Positions 1-11,974 of a stretch of DNA of 64,000 nt are shown here, in pieces. The stretch's first letter is position 1. The number at the start of each line of letters is the position of its first letter. The stretch spans positions 1,054,001 to 1,118,000 of the forward strand of contig NC_043006.1 of the NCBI RefSeq assembly GCF_006345805.1, in the 5' to 3' direction. The notes below the pieces were generated by a model, which saw only the letters and a program-made list of their open reading frames with translations, searched no databases and was not told the DNA's origin. This DNA comes from Octopus sinensis. Its lineage: Eukaryota. Both the position numbers and the translations under genes were made by a program.

Positions 1-81
1 TTTGATGGTGGTGACTAATAATGACGAAAATAGTGACAGTGATGTGTATAGTAGTCGCTGTAGTGAATGAAGGAGTATACC

Positions 82-218
82 TATTTCTTTATTGCCCACA
101 AGGGGCTAAACGCAGAGAGGACAAACAAGGACAGACATAGGTATTAAGTCGATTACATCGACCCCAGTGCGTAACTGGTACTTAATTTATCGACTCCGAT
201 AGGATGAAAGGCAAAGTC
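82..218 (-). mobile_element. 5'-truncated tRNA-derived SINE, group B
   Basis: Reverse complement carries the group B core ttcatcctatcggagtcgataaattaagtaccagttacgcactggggtcgatgtaatcgact and the tail gtttagccccttgtggg. It is flanked by a perfect 13-bp direct repeat gaaggagtatacc (69-81 and 219-231), read as a TSD. Confidence 0.85.
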
Positions 219-686
219 GAAGGAGTATACCGACGATGATGTGGTTTGTGGTGAAGCGTGTTGGTAGCAATCGACGTTCTGTTAGAGGTAGGCTTAGGCT
301 ATGATGATACAATCGAATAATGATAGTGACGATAGTGATGATAGTGGAGGTTGTAGCGTGATAATACTGCTTTTTAGCTGAGAGCAGTGTTGTTGATGTT
401 GGTGGTGGTGGTGGTGATGGTTGTAGATAATGTTGATTATTGGTGGTGGTTATAGGTGGATGCTGGTTATTGTCGATTGATGCGAATGGTGATGATGCGA
501 ATGATTACAGTATAATGGCAGTGGTGTTAGTGTAGCTGTTTACGTGGTATATATAGGGCACTGGCTCTGAACCAGGGTCCATATGGCCCTTCGGAGTCTA
601 TATAACATTTTGTTAAAATCCATGAGCAATAAATTCCTTATTCTTCTACAATGCATAAGATATTTTAATTTTTTTATATGATTATA

Positions 687-1103
687 GGCGTAGGAGTGGC
701 TGTGTGGTAAGTAGCTTGCTTGCGAACCACATGGTTCCGGGTTCAGTCCCACTGCGTGGCACCTTGGGCAAGTGTATTCTACTAAAGCCTCGGGCCGACC
801 AAGGTCTTGTGAGTGGATTTGGTAGACGGAAACTGAAAGAAGTCCGTCGTATATATGTATATATATGTGTACATATAGGTATGTATGTATGTATGTGTGT
901 GTGTGTATATGTTTGTGTGTCTGTGTTTGTCCCCCCCAACATCGCTTGTTGGTGTGTTTACGTCCCTGTAACCTGGCTGTTCGGCAAAAGGGACCGATAG
1001 AATAAGTACTAGGCTTACTAAGAATAAGTCCTGGGATCGATTTGTTCGACTAAAGGCGGCGCTCCAGCATGGCCACAGTCAAATGACTGAAACAAGTAAA
1101 AGT
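687..1103 (+). mobile_element. tRNA-derived SINE, group A (internal TA/TG microsatellite)
   Basis: Head ggagtggctgtgtggtaag...gggttcagtccc (pol III A/B-box-like), internal (TA)/(TG) tract, tail ggcggcgctccagcatggcc...tgactgaaacaagtaaaa. Same layout in at least 7 other copies in the window. Confidence 0.9.
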
Positions 1104-1139
1104 AGAAGTAAGTAGATTCCTAATAATGTTTAATTGTAA

Positions 1140-1250
1140 AAATGTATTAAGGCTTTTTTTTTTAATTATTAAGTGAATGTCTATGGCGGTCTAGTGGAGT
1201 AAAATGGAAATCAAATGGAACCATAGGCAAAAAATGGTTGAGAACCATTG
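1140..1250. mobile_element. Probable hAT-type MITE terminus
   Basis: Ends in aaaaatggttgagaaccattg, resembling the CAGTGGTTCTCAACC terminus typical of hAT derivatives. The partner end was not found. Confidence 0.35.
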
Positions 1251-1842
1251 TAGGGTTATGGTTATGAATGAAGTGTGAAAGTAGAGATGTAAGTACTGTT
1301 GCTAATGTGATGGTTATTGGGTGATAGCGAGGAATACAATATTAGTCATGTTAGTATTATTTCTGTGGTGGTTCTTGTATTAGTAGTATCAATGCTGTCG
1401 CTGTGTTGGTGTGTCGTTGGTATATTTTGACGCAATAGGCGAAGCTAATGTTTTAGCTCACTTAACTATGACTGTAGTAAATTACTAACAGTTAATAATA
1501 TAGAGCAACTATCGTTAGTATTAGTACTACAGCACTAACGCTATTCAGCTGTTACAGTGTTGATACACTAGGAGACAGCACAGACTGTGACTGAACAAGA
1601 TGGAGAATAATGTTCAGCCGCAATAGCTCGACATATAACTGTGCAGCTATAATATAGTTTTTCGACAGAGAGTTGTAAACGAGGAGGAAAAACAAACACA
1701 GAACGTAAACTGGGAGGCATTTGAATGTATGACCGCTAATTGAGTGAAATTGAATAAAAGTCGACTGGCCGTTTTTATCTCTCCAACTGACCGCTTTATC
1801 GAATCTCTTTTTTCTTTTTTTTTTGTCTCACTGCTTATCTAT

Positions 1843-1956
1843 ACACATATACAAACACACGCACATACTGGTGTACATTATACACATATGTACGTACATA
1901 CATACATACACGCATGCATACATACACATATATGTACACATATGTATATATGTATG

Positions 1957-1994
<38 letters not shown>

Positions 1995-2157
1995 CATGTA
2001 TACATACAGACATATACATACAATTATATATGTATGTATATATATATACATATGCACATATATATGTATATACTGTACATACATACAAATATATATACAC
2101 ACGTGTGCATACATACATATATACACACATATACAGATATGTATGTTTGTATATATA

Positions 2158-2196
<39 letters not shown>

Positions 2197-2251
2197 TATA
2201 TACATATATTGGTGTGTATGTGTTTGTGTTTACGTGTGTGTGTGTACGCAC

Positions 2252-2290
<39 letters not shown>
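1843..2290. repeat. Compound (TA)/(TACA)/(TG)/(CA) microsatellite
   Basis: Directly visible; source of many Y/I/H/T-rich spurious ORFs. Confidence 0.95.
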
Positions 2291-2292
<2 letters not shown>

Positions 2293-2840
2293 CATATCTA
2301 CCGCCCGATAGGAATGGCTGTATATTTTTCTTGGCGATAAATTTGCACAATTTGTCTCGTCTGCGACGTAAGACATTTTGTGTCTTGTTCTGCTTTTTCT
2401 TTCCCCTTCGTTTAAGTCCAAAAACTATTCATATTTCTTGTTTGTGTTTCGTCTAAGTCTAGTTAAACAATTATCCTTATTAGCCTCTAGACCAAACTGA
2501 TTCAAACCGGTAAGCTCACGTTAGAAGTTGTTTAAAACTACTTTATTATTTTGTTGAAGCTATATGAAGTGTAAATTTTTCATTAACATTGTACTTTGTT
2601 TGTATTGTGGTTTATTTAACTAAATGGTTTTCTAAAGCCTATCCTTTTGTCGTCTTTCTTGACATACCGAGTAATCCCTCGTCGAAAGACATCTCCTTCA
2701 CGTCTCTACCCAATAATTTTTTCCCCTGTTTATTTAACTAGTTCGTGCTTGGTTTGGTCTTTTGCTCCTCTATAAATACTTTGTGATATAGTATCCGTGT
2801 ACGTATACACACACACACACACACCACACACACACACAAA

Positions 2841-2899
<59 letters not shown>

Positions 2900-2901
<2 letters not shown>

Positions 2902-3312
2902 CGCAGGAGTGGCTGTGTGGTAGTACCTTGTTTACCCACCACATAGTTCCGGGTTCAGTCCCATTGCGTGGCCCTGGGCAAGTGTCTTCTACTATAGCCT
3001 CGGGCCGACCAACGCCTTGTGAGTGGATTTGGGAGACGGAAACTGAAAGAAGCCCGTCGTATATATGTGTATATATATGTGCGTGTGTGTGTTTGTGTGT
3101 CTGTGTTTGTCCCCCTAGCATTGCTTGACAACCGATGCTGGTGTGCTTATGTCCCCGTTACTTAGCGGTTCGGCAAAAGAGACCGATAGAATAAATACTG
3201 GGCTTACAAAAGAATAAATCCTGGGGTCGAGTTGCTCGATTAAAGGCGGTGCTCCAGCATGGCCGCAGTCAAATGACTGAAACAAGTAAATGAGTAAAAA
3301 GAGAAAAGAGTA
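2900..3312 (+). mobile_element. tRNA-derived SINE, group A
   Basis: Full head, internal microsatellite and tail matching 687-1103; immediately preceded by a long (TA)n tract. Confidence 0.92.
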
Positions 3313-3330
3313 ATATATATGCATATATTC

Positions 3331-3361
<31 letters not shown>

Positions 3362-3364
<3 letters not shown>

Positions 3365-3572
3365 CCATGTTGGTTCGTTAGTTACTGCACGCATTTTTTT
3401 TCTCTCCTTCTTTCTGTGTTTTTTTCTCTCTGTGTATCTTTCTGTTGAAGAGCGTAGGCTCGAAACGTTAAAGACTTGTTTTATTATATTTCCTGAGCGC
3501 CATACTAATACAATTGTTTGTTTGTTTTTCCACCTGCCTTCGTCTTTTGTTATTTTCATAAAGCTTCCCGTT
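3362..3572 (+). mobile_element. Penelope-like terminal fragment with minimal hammerhead motif
   Basis: Near-identical to 19614-19810 and similar to the reverse complement of 33691-33900; contains gaagagcgtaggctcgaaacg; bounded by (TA)n. The PLE assignment is inferred from the hammerhead-type motif and (TA)n association. Confidence 0.65.
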
Positions 3573-3630
3573 ATATATATATATATATAGATATATATAT
3601 ATATATATATATATACGTATATATATATAC

Positions 3631-3670
<40 letters not shown>

Positions 3671-4017
3671 GTATATATATGTATATATATATTTATATAT
3701 ATATATATTGTGTGTGTGTTGTGTGTCTGTGTGTGTACTTACACGCACACTATATAGGTGGGAAGAATGGCATATATTGCTACTAAGAACTGACTGATTA
3801 TGTATATATACGTATATATATATTATAATATATATATAGATATATATACGTATAACTATACGTATATACATAGATGTATTATATATATATATATAAAGTA
3901 TATAATATATACGTATATATATATATATATATACGTATTATATAATATATATATACGTATATATATATACGTAACTAGATGTATATATATATATATATAT
4001 ATACATATAATAATAAG

Positions 4018-4049
<32 letters not shown>

Positions 4050-4290
4050 CGTATATATATACGTATATAATATACATATATACATAGATGTATATATATA
4101 TATACATATTATATATATATAAATATATTATATTATATATATATACACACGTATATATATGTATATATATATTATATATATATATATAGTGTGTGTGTGT
4201 GTCTGTGTGTGTACTTACACGCACACTATATCAGGTGTGAAGAATGGCATATATTGCTACTAAGAACTGACTAATTATGTATATATATTC
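3572..4290. repeat. (TA)-rich tract containing a directly duplicated ~140-bp unit
   Basis: gtgtacttacacgcacactatat..ggtg.gaagaatggcatatattgctactaagaactgact occurs at about 3733-3797 and 4209-4272, with matching microsatellite upstream of both. Confidence 0.9.
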
Positions 4291-4429
4291 CTATACATAT
4301 ATGCATATATGGGTAGCTCGCTATATAGGTTGAGATATAGTTAGAGATAGACTTATATGCGTAATGTTTTGATAACGTTTTGTTTGTTATCAGTAAAGTT
4401 ACCCTCCAGAAGTTTGTGCTATCATTAAT

Positions 4430-4860
4430 ATCTATTGAATGGAAATGGCTACAAAATATCAAAAATAATGGTAATAATCAAGAAACGACCGTTACCAGAG
4501 TTAAGTATTATCGCTGAGAGAAAGCCAATTGAAAAGAAGCTGAAGAAAATATACTTGGAATACATGCAAGCAGAAAATATGAGACAGGAACCAAAGTAAC
4601 GACTGATATTAAAAGAAAGTCATTTTAAAATAATGTGAACCATTTTAATATTAAGAGATTAATACTGAAGGAAACTGTATTTGTAGAATGCGGAGTTGAA
4701 ATATGGATCGTCAAATAGATAACAAGATTTTGTGATGTCGGTATATCGAAGAGATTTTTAAAATGTCAAGAACAGAACACAATGAGGAGGTACTAAGAAT
4801 GGTAAAAACTGAGATGATGAAAAATATTTGGGATACGTAATTAGGAAAGAATAATTTATG
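4430..4860 (+). mobile_element. Decayed RTE-clade LINE, RT C-terminal fragment
   Basis: Conceptual translation across stops and frameshifts gives KIMVIIKK...IYLEY, GVEIWIVK, KMSRTEHNEEVLRMV and KYLGYVIRKE. These match RTE RT-end motifs (TKVMVIS, F.YLG, YG.ETWT, ISW...TNEEVL, YFGH.R). Confidence 0.7.
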
Positions 4861-5318
4861 ATTATACGGACTACATACACATATCAACACACACAGGCAC
4901 ACACAACACACACACACACACACATACACACACACACACGCACACGTACTCGTTACTAGTTATTTCTATCTCTTGCACAAACTTGTGTAAGAGAGAGAGA
5001 GAGAGAGAGCAACACGTTAAATCTTGGGCCACAGATTTCTAAACTAGAGTGCCACAAGGAGTGTCTAGGAGCGTCACAAAATTTTAAATATATAATTTGT
5101 CTTTAGACAAATATAATTTGCCTTGAAATGCATGTTAGCCACAAAAATACGATAAGTGGTAACTTAAAAATATATCTTAACAAAAATCCCTGCAAAGTGT
5201 GATTAAGGTTTGGTTTGATCTCCAGAGTACCACGAAGATTCCGAACCAGAACTACTGCCTCTATGCAACGGTGTCCGGTTTAGGAAATTGCTCAATTCCA
5301 ATGCTAAGTTTTCAATAT

Positions 5319-5595
5319 TGTTTGTTCCTTCTCGAGCCACACCTGGCTCATAAGGGTCAGTTTCCCGGGCGTGTAGGTTCCCCACCTGGACGGGACTGCA
5401 AGAGCTGCAAGAGAAAAGAGTGAAAGAAAATTGTGGCGAAAGAGTCAGCAGAAGTTCGCCCTTACCTTCTGCCGGAGCCGCGTGGAGCTTAGGTGTTTCG
5501 CTCATAAACACCACACATCACTCAGTCTGAGATTCGAACCCGCGATCCTTCGACCGCGAGTCCGCTGCTCTAACCACTAGGCCATGTGCCTCCAC
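5319..5595 (-). mobile_element. tRNA-derived SINE, group C (tail type 1)
   Basis: Head gtggaggcacatggcctagtggttagagcagcggactcgcggtc...ggttcgaatctc on the minus strand; aagttttcaatat repeated at 5306-5318 and 5605-5617 (TSD-like). Confidence 0.9.
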
Positions 5596-6349
5596 AAGTT
5601 TTAAAAGTTTTCAATATCATTTAGTTTAAGCTCTTTCAAATAATCTTGTCTGTATATCTCCTATTTTCTCACTCCAGTGACAAAATTTATTGAGCATTCA
5701 GTATCTATCTGTAGCTCACCTTCTGCTTAGAAGGAATTTTCGTCCCTATCTATAGCCATTACTTTCTCTTTCAAATTCTAATATGAATTTCTAGTGCTGA
5801 CAGATGATCATATATTTTTGGGAAGTAGGATCAATCGAACAGTAATCGATACGAACACTTTAGTGCTTCCTGTATGAATGAAAATTGAAGTTTCTCTCGG
5901 CAAGATTTAAGCTCAGAGCAAAAAGAAATAAAAAGATATAAATATCGCATATTATCTGACTCTACTTATTCATTGAAGTTGTTGTATAGAAAATTTGTCA
6001 GGAGCCTCGCCTACAGCGACATCGAGGCGATTACAAATAAGTATCTTCTACGGGGCCAACTTGTTATATTGTTCACATGTTCTGAACATTCACAGAATTA
6101 ATACTGCCTGATTCTTCGCAGCATGATTTTAGCATTTTAGCAATATATGCACAAAATGAAGAGTCTTTAGTTATAATTCACAGATTTCCGCTAAATTATG
6201 ATTCTGAAACGTGCAATCTCGCCTTTTTCCGTGTATCCAGGATACAATATGTCAGAGATATCAGAATAGATTGATTATAACATTTCTGAATTGGTTATGT
6301 CTTTGAGGGACCTGTATTAAGCATAAATGAAGTTCATAATGTATATTAT

Positions 6350-6465
6350 GAGGGCGTAGGCTGGAAACGTAAAAGACTTTTCCATTTCTCCCGAGCATTA
6401 AACAAATACATCTGCTTGCTGTTCTGTCACCTTCTTCGTCTTTTATTTATTTATTTTTTGTAAAT
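6350..6465 (+). mobile_element. Degenerate copy of the Penelope-like terminal family
   Basis: gagggcgtaggctggaaacgtaaaagact...ccttcttcgtctttt is a diverged match to 3445-3560. Confidence 0.5.
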
Positions 6466-6487
6466 ATGAACAACACACGCACACACA

Positions 6488-6526
<39 letters not shown>

Positions 6527-6569
6527 TACATACATACATATAGATACATATCTAGCTAGCTAGCTGGCC

Positions 6570-7470
6570 TCAGAAAATTATCAATGGAGAAAAATCAAAC
6601 AGAACTCCAGGGCAGACTAAAACAAAATGCAACTGAACCAGGGAAAATTTGAGCTGATGCATTTTAGAAGAAAGTCTATGATAAAACAGCCATAATTTCT
6701 TCCTTCAAGAGAACCACTCACAACATCCAATAATATCAGGCCAATCTCAGTTGGAGTGCCTACATCAACAATAAGGTCGATACACCTCGTAGGATGAACT
6801 CCTAGATACTAAGAATTTTCCAATCCAGAGAACAAGCTGTGATCCTTCCTTTTTTGTCCTCGTTTGCACGGCTACGCTTCGAATAATGCTGCCCTCTGGG
6901 GTTTCCCCATACAAAACAAACCATTTCCAAAATTGAATCACCCCAGAGGGAATTCAATAAAGGAACTAAGGGCATGACTGATCTAGATTATTGGGACCCC
7001 CTTAAAGCATTGGAACTCTATTCCCTCCAGTGCCGCCGAGGGCGATATAACATTTGCACGATGTGGAGAATATATCACCAGCATTGTCCAAATGTCCTGA
7101 ACGTTAGTTTCAGAACTCCTCCAACGCTAGGACCACGGGCCAAATTCAGGATTACAATACATAAAAACTCTGCAACACAATTTCTTTTCTTCAACAAGCC
7201 CTGCCCTATTTAACATTGTCCTGAAACAAATGAAAGAGGAAAAAGATCCAATCATCTTTAAAACGGAATCTGGACAAATTCTTCCAAGGAGTACCGATAA
7301 GTCACATATACCTGGACACAACTCACTCAACTCTCATTCGAGAACTTCCTTCTCGAATGGACTATGATACCGCAAAACTTCACTGAAAAAGGAGTTAGCT
7401 AATTCTATCAGGTGGTGCTATTAAGTTAGACATGGCCTGGACCAATCTTTGGTCGAAACATATCTAAATT
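6570..7470 (+). mobile_element. Decayed CR1-clade LINE, 3' part of RT plus 3' end
   Basis: Translated pieces MQLNQGKFELMHF, LSWSAYINNKV, ISKIESPQR, GMTDLDYWDPLKALELYSLQCRRGRY are CR1-type RT/thumb motifs, broken by stops and frameshifts. Confidence 0.8.
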
Positions 7471-7522
7471 AGCTAAGTTATCTATCGATACTTATCTTTC
7501 TTTTCTCTCGCTCCCTCTCTTC

Positions 7523-7575
<53 letters not shown>

Positions 7576-7701
7576 CATGTATGTGTGTGTATGTATGTAT
7601 GTGTGTGTGTGTGTGTATAAATTTGAAATGAGGGTGGGAAATTAGATATTAATTAAATTAACATCGATTTCACACCAGTGATCTAGCATATAAAAAAACT
7701 A

Positions 7702-7806
7702 AAGGTTCAGTAAAATTGTATTATATACATATTAGAGGGAAACCACCATGTGGACACCTTAGTCGTTTCCCTCTAATATGTATATAATACAATTTTACTG
7801 AACCTT
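7702..7806. repeat. Perfect 42-bp inverted repeat with 21-nt spacer
   Basis: aaggttcagtaaaattgtattatatacatattagagggaaac (7702-7743) is the exact reverse complement of 7765-7806. Confidence 0.95.
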
Positions 7807-7841
7807 CAGCATAGGGGTCTCCACATAGTGGATTCCCTGTA

Positions 7842-7886
<45 letters not shown>

Positions 7887-7919
7887 GGACTTATATGATA
7901 CCTTTTATATATTACCTGA

Positions 7920-8320
7920 TATATAAAGTCTATAGATTATATAAATAAGCATCTAAATAAGTCCAAGATACGTCCTTGATGATTTACACAATGAATTGTT
8001 GACTATATGAACTTCTATATTTTAATGATTATGCTGCGATAGTGAGATCACCAAGCCTGTGTAATATTTCCACCTCAATTGTTCGAAAACTTTCACAAAA
8101 ATCTAGACATAACCCTTCTATTTATGATAGGTACAACTGCTTTAATACCCAGCTATAACGCCGTATCAATTGTGTGATGGGGAAACCGGGCTCAAGTATC
8201 ACTCAACAAGTTCCACTGTTCCAAGAAGAATCAGTTTGTCTAATAGTTTGTTCCGAATTAAAAATAAAGGAAACAACCGAAATAGACTTTTTAGCGTCTG
8301 ACCTGTTCCCTTTGCTGTAG
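7920..8320 (-). mobile_element. Possible decayed CR1-type RT fragment
   Basis: Minus-strand LCLDFCESFRTIEVEILHRL loosely resembles (I/Y)LDF.KAFD.V.H.IL..KL. Weak support. Confidence 0.3.
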
Positions 8321-8323
8321 ATA

Positions 8324-8489
8324 AGGAGTGGCTGTGTGGTAAGTAGCTTGCTTACCAACCACATGGTTCCGGGTTCAGTCCCACTGCGTGGCATCTTGGG
8401 CAAGTGTCTTCTGCTATAGCCCCAGGCCGACCAATGCCTTGTGAGTGGATTTGGTAGACGGAAAATGAAAGAAGGTTGTCGTATATATG

Positions 8490-8530
<41 letters not shown>

Positions 8531-8738
8531 TTTTGTGTCTGTGTTTGTCTCCCTAGCATTGCTTGACAACCGATGCTGGTGTGTTTACGTCCCCGTCAAG
8601 TAGCGGTTCGGCAAAAGAGACCGATAGAATAAGTACTGGGCTTACAAAGAATAAGTCCCGGGGTCGATTTGCTCGACTAAAGGCGGTGCTCCAGCATGGC
8701 TGCAGTCAAATGACTGAAACAAGTAAAAGAGAAAGAGT
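8324..8738 (+). mobile_element. tRNA-derived SINE, group A
   Basis: Complete head, internal (TA)(TG) tract and tail matching the other group A copies. Confidence 0.92.
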
Positions 8739-9245
8739 ATATGCTGTGTTTTCGGTGCTGCGCAGAAGATACGGATATTTATCTCTCCCTTTAAGCGTTT
8801 AGAAAGCGCGTTTCTGCTTAACAATAGTAGAATTGTGAGGGAGCCTTCATGACTTCTTGACGAGTTTGGTTTAATTCAGCAAACCACCGATTTGCACACA
8901 CACTAACAGACACACACACAAACAAACAAACACATATGCACACACATTCCTATGTAATTGATCGTTTCTGCTCCTTTAAGCACCATTACAGTCCTAAATA
9001 AATGAATTGATTCAGCTATTTACAAGTGTATATAAGAGAATAAAGAGGGAAAATGGTGAATCGTTCATTCAGCAATTCGTTTACTATGTCAAAGTCTACA
9101 GTAATTAATCATTTTTCCAATTTTACTCTATTTTGTTCCTTACACACAGACGCTACACACACGCGAAAACAACGTATATAGTTAAGTCATAGTACATCTA
9201 TATGAACGTATAGTTTTACTGTTGCATATATTCTATATTGTTCTC

Positions 9246-9442
9246 AAATTTTAGCGCAGTGCCAGCAATATTGGGGGAGGGCTAAGTTGAATACCAGTGT
9301 TCAACTGGTATTCATTTTACGGATCCCCGAAAGGACGAAAAGTAAAGTCAACGTCGGCGGAAACTCAACTAAGAGCATAAAGTCGGACGAAATCCCCAAA
9401 GCATTTCGGCTGACAAATTAACGATTCTACCAGCTCGCTTCC
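9246..9442 (-). mobile_element. Diverged SINE, group B
   Basis: Reverse complement shows gcgagctggtagaatcgtta head and tttcgtcctttcggggatcc core. Confidence 0.65.
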
Positions 9443-10506
9443 ATCTATGTATTTTATATTATGTGTTATTACTGAAGCCTTTTATTGATCGAGAATTACG
9501 TATTATTACGAAGAAAATCAGCTAAATTGCATCAATCTAGCGACGCAATAATGTTTTATCTTCCAGCATTAGAAAAATGCAAATTGTTTCTCTTTTTGCC
9601 ATCGATTTCACTCAAACATCAGATTTGTAAATGTCTGCCCTTGTTATTTGACAATGAACGTATGTCGCGATATAATTGAGTGCGTTTAAAGGATAGAAAG
9701 GAATCCCAGGGAAATTTTCAGTCAATTTCGCAATAAAACAAACAGCTTTTACTGATCTTGTTTTAATTTCTGCAGTAAATAAATAAAAGGTAAGTTAGTC
9801 TTGATGATTTGATTTCGATTTTCATATGAATCTGTTGACGTTATTGTTGTTGTGGCAATGGTGTTGGTTGTTGTTGTTGTACGAAGCTAACAGTCTTAGA
9901 ATGTTACGTGTTCGCTTTTATATCTTCCAACTAGACGAGACCATGAAATTAATTAATTGATATGTAATTAACGAACACGTAAATAAATATCTGCTGATAA
10001 TTTTAAAATGGTTCTATCATTTGACCTGCTAGAAATAGCAACCGAATATTCCTCAAATTACTCCTGACGCCTTCAGTAATTTCTGGCATATAGATGCTCG
10101 CTGGTTGGCTTTTGAGTGAATATCTCTAATTGCTATTGCTGTTGTTGTATTAACTGTTGGTGTTGTTGATTGGTCTCATGCCAGCCCTAACTGAACAGAG
10201 TGAATGCCTGACATCGATGGATTGTTATAAGTCCCCCTCACACACAGACACACACCAGCCTCCTCCTCCTCACAGTCCTGCTTTTTCTTCCGTCTGTCCT
10301 CTGTATCGCTATTCTGGTGGTCAATTCTTGATAAAAGCTGCATAGCTACGCGTGCCTTCTGCACTCATCGCTCCTTCCATCGCCATCCATGTTGTGTCAT
10401 CCACTACACCCGGATCCCGCACAAACTATCATGATTAGTAAGACAAAATCCTAAGAATAAAATCTTCAACAGTTTCCTAGTTATATATATATATATGTGT
10501 GTGTGT

Positions 10507-10710
10507 GACCTCGTGAGTACCACTGGCGACTTTTTTTCCTCTGTCTTCCCTTCTCGGGATCTTTCCTTCTCCTATGTTTCCGACGAAGAGCTCCGCTCAA
10601 AACGTTAAACCCTCCTTCTTCCCTTCTTTCCTGAGCGTCCAATAATACTTTATTTGTTCCACGTCCTTGCGTTGTTGTCTTTTTTTTGTTTTCTTGTTTG
10701 GATTAACTAT
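10507..10710 (+). mobile_element. Penelope-like terminal fragment (second family) with minimal hammerhead-like motif
   Basis: gtttccgacgaagagctccgctcaaaacgttaaac; flanked by (TA)/(TG) tracts; same motif architecture as 3437-3474 and 43323-43355. Confidence 0.55.
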
Positions 10711-11775
10711 ATATATGTATATAGGTGTATAAAGGTTGAATGTGGGTTCTTCCTTTAACTGCATTACCCTTTGGTCCTTTCCTGATTAGGAGAGTATGTC
10801 TCAATAGGAAGAGCATTGGGCTGTTAAGATGCTCCACTTTTCGCACGCACTCCATATCTGTCCGTCGTTTGGTAAACTGAGCCTCACACCATATATTACG
10901 GAGTAAATGAGACATCCACTAACATTTCCACTGGTGGATTAAACATACCTATGAGCAGTCAACATTCGAGTGATACTCATCCCATTTTCTTCATTCTTGA
11001 GGCGTTATCTCCGCTTACATTATTCAAAGTTTCCTTTCTTATAGACAATAACGTCTGTGATTTGAGGAACATTTGTACTACCATTTCTAACAGACCGACC
11101 GATCACTTAAAGTCCCGGTTATTAGTTTTTCCTGTCAGTTAGTTTACATTTAAAATAACCCCTCTGTTGTCATTGGTCTCAGACTATATACTATGTCTAT
11201 ATAAATCATGTTCACTTACAAATCACTGATCGATTTATGGTTGCAGCATTTATTGATGAAGCAAATTTTATCAAGCTATATTGTGGATTATAAATCACAT
11301 GTTATATGACTTTGTTTTAACTTGTGCGAGCCTATCCTTCCTCTCTTTCCTCCTCTCTCTCTCTCTCTCTCTCTGTCTCCTTCTTTCTTCCATGACGCTG
11401 TTAATTCCCTCGGTTTACTTAAACATTTGCTCATCCCAATATCAACTTAGACATGGCGAACTTCAATAATGTTTTACTGGATACAATGCTATGCAAACTA
11501 ACCAGTGCATCTTCATTTACAACACGTACAACCGCACACACATACACTCGCGCGCACGCACGCGCGCACACACTCTCTCTCACACACGCACACACAAACA
11601 GGCATACAAACACACACTCACACACACACACACTCACACACAGACACACTCACACACACACACACAAACACACGGTCAAAAATCATACATGGGCACATTA
11701 GATGTACATCTTTGGTATTTGCCCGTGGATATATATGTGTAATCGGATGCAGATACATATACATTATTCCATATA

Positions 11776-11830
<55 letters not shown>

Positions 11831-11931
11831 TTATGCATATAAGTATAATATTCTCTCATTGTTTATACATTATCATTTCAACATTGGCTTAGAGTGTGCG
11901 AGTGCTGTAAAAACTGAATAAAACAACACCT

Positions 11932-11974
<43 letters not shown>

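Noticed and set aside
1744-4224. Many Y/I/H/T-rich ORFs, and equivalents at 47831-48164, 50839-51404 and 60188-60800
   Set aside because: All coincide with (TA)/(CA)/(CATA) microsatellites.
10176-10364. 62-aa ORFs on both strands in a GC-richer patch
   Set aside because: Short, no recognisable motif, partly built from cct/ca repeats.
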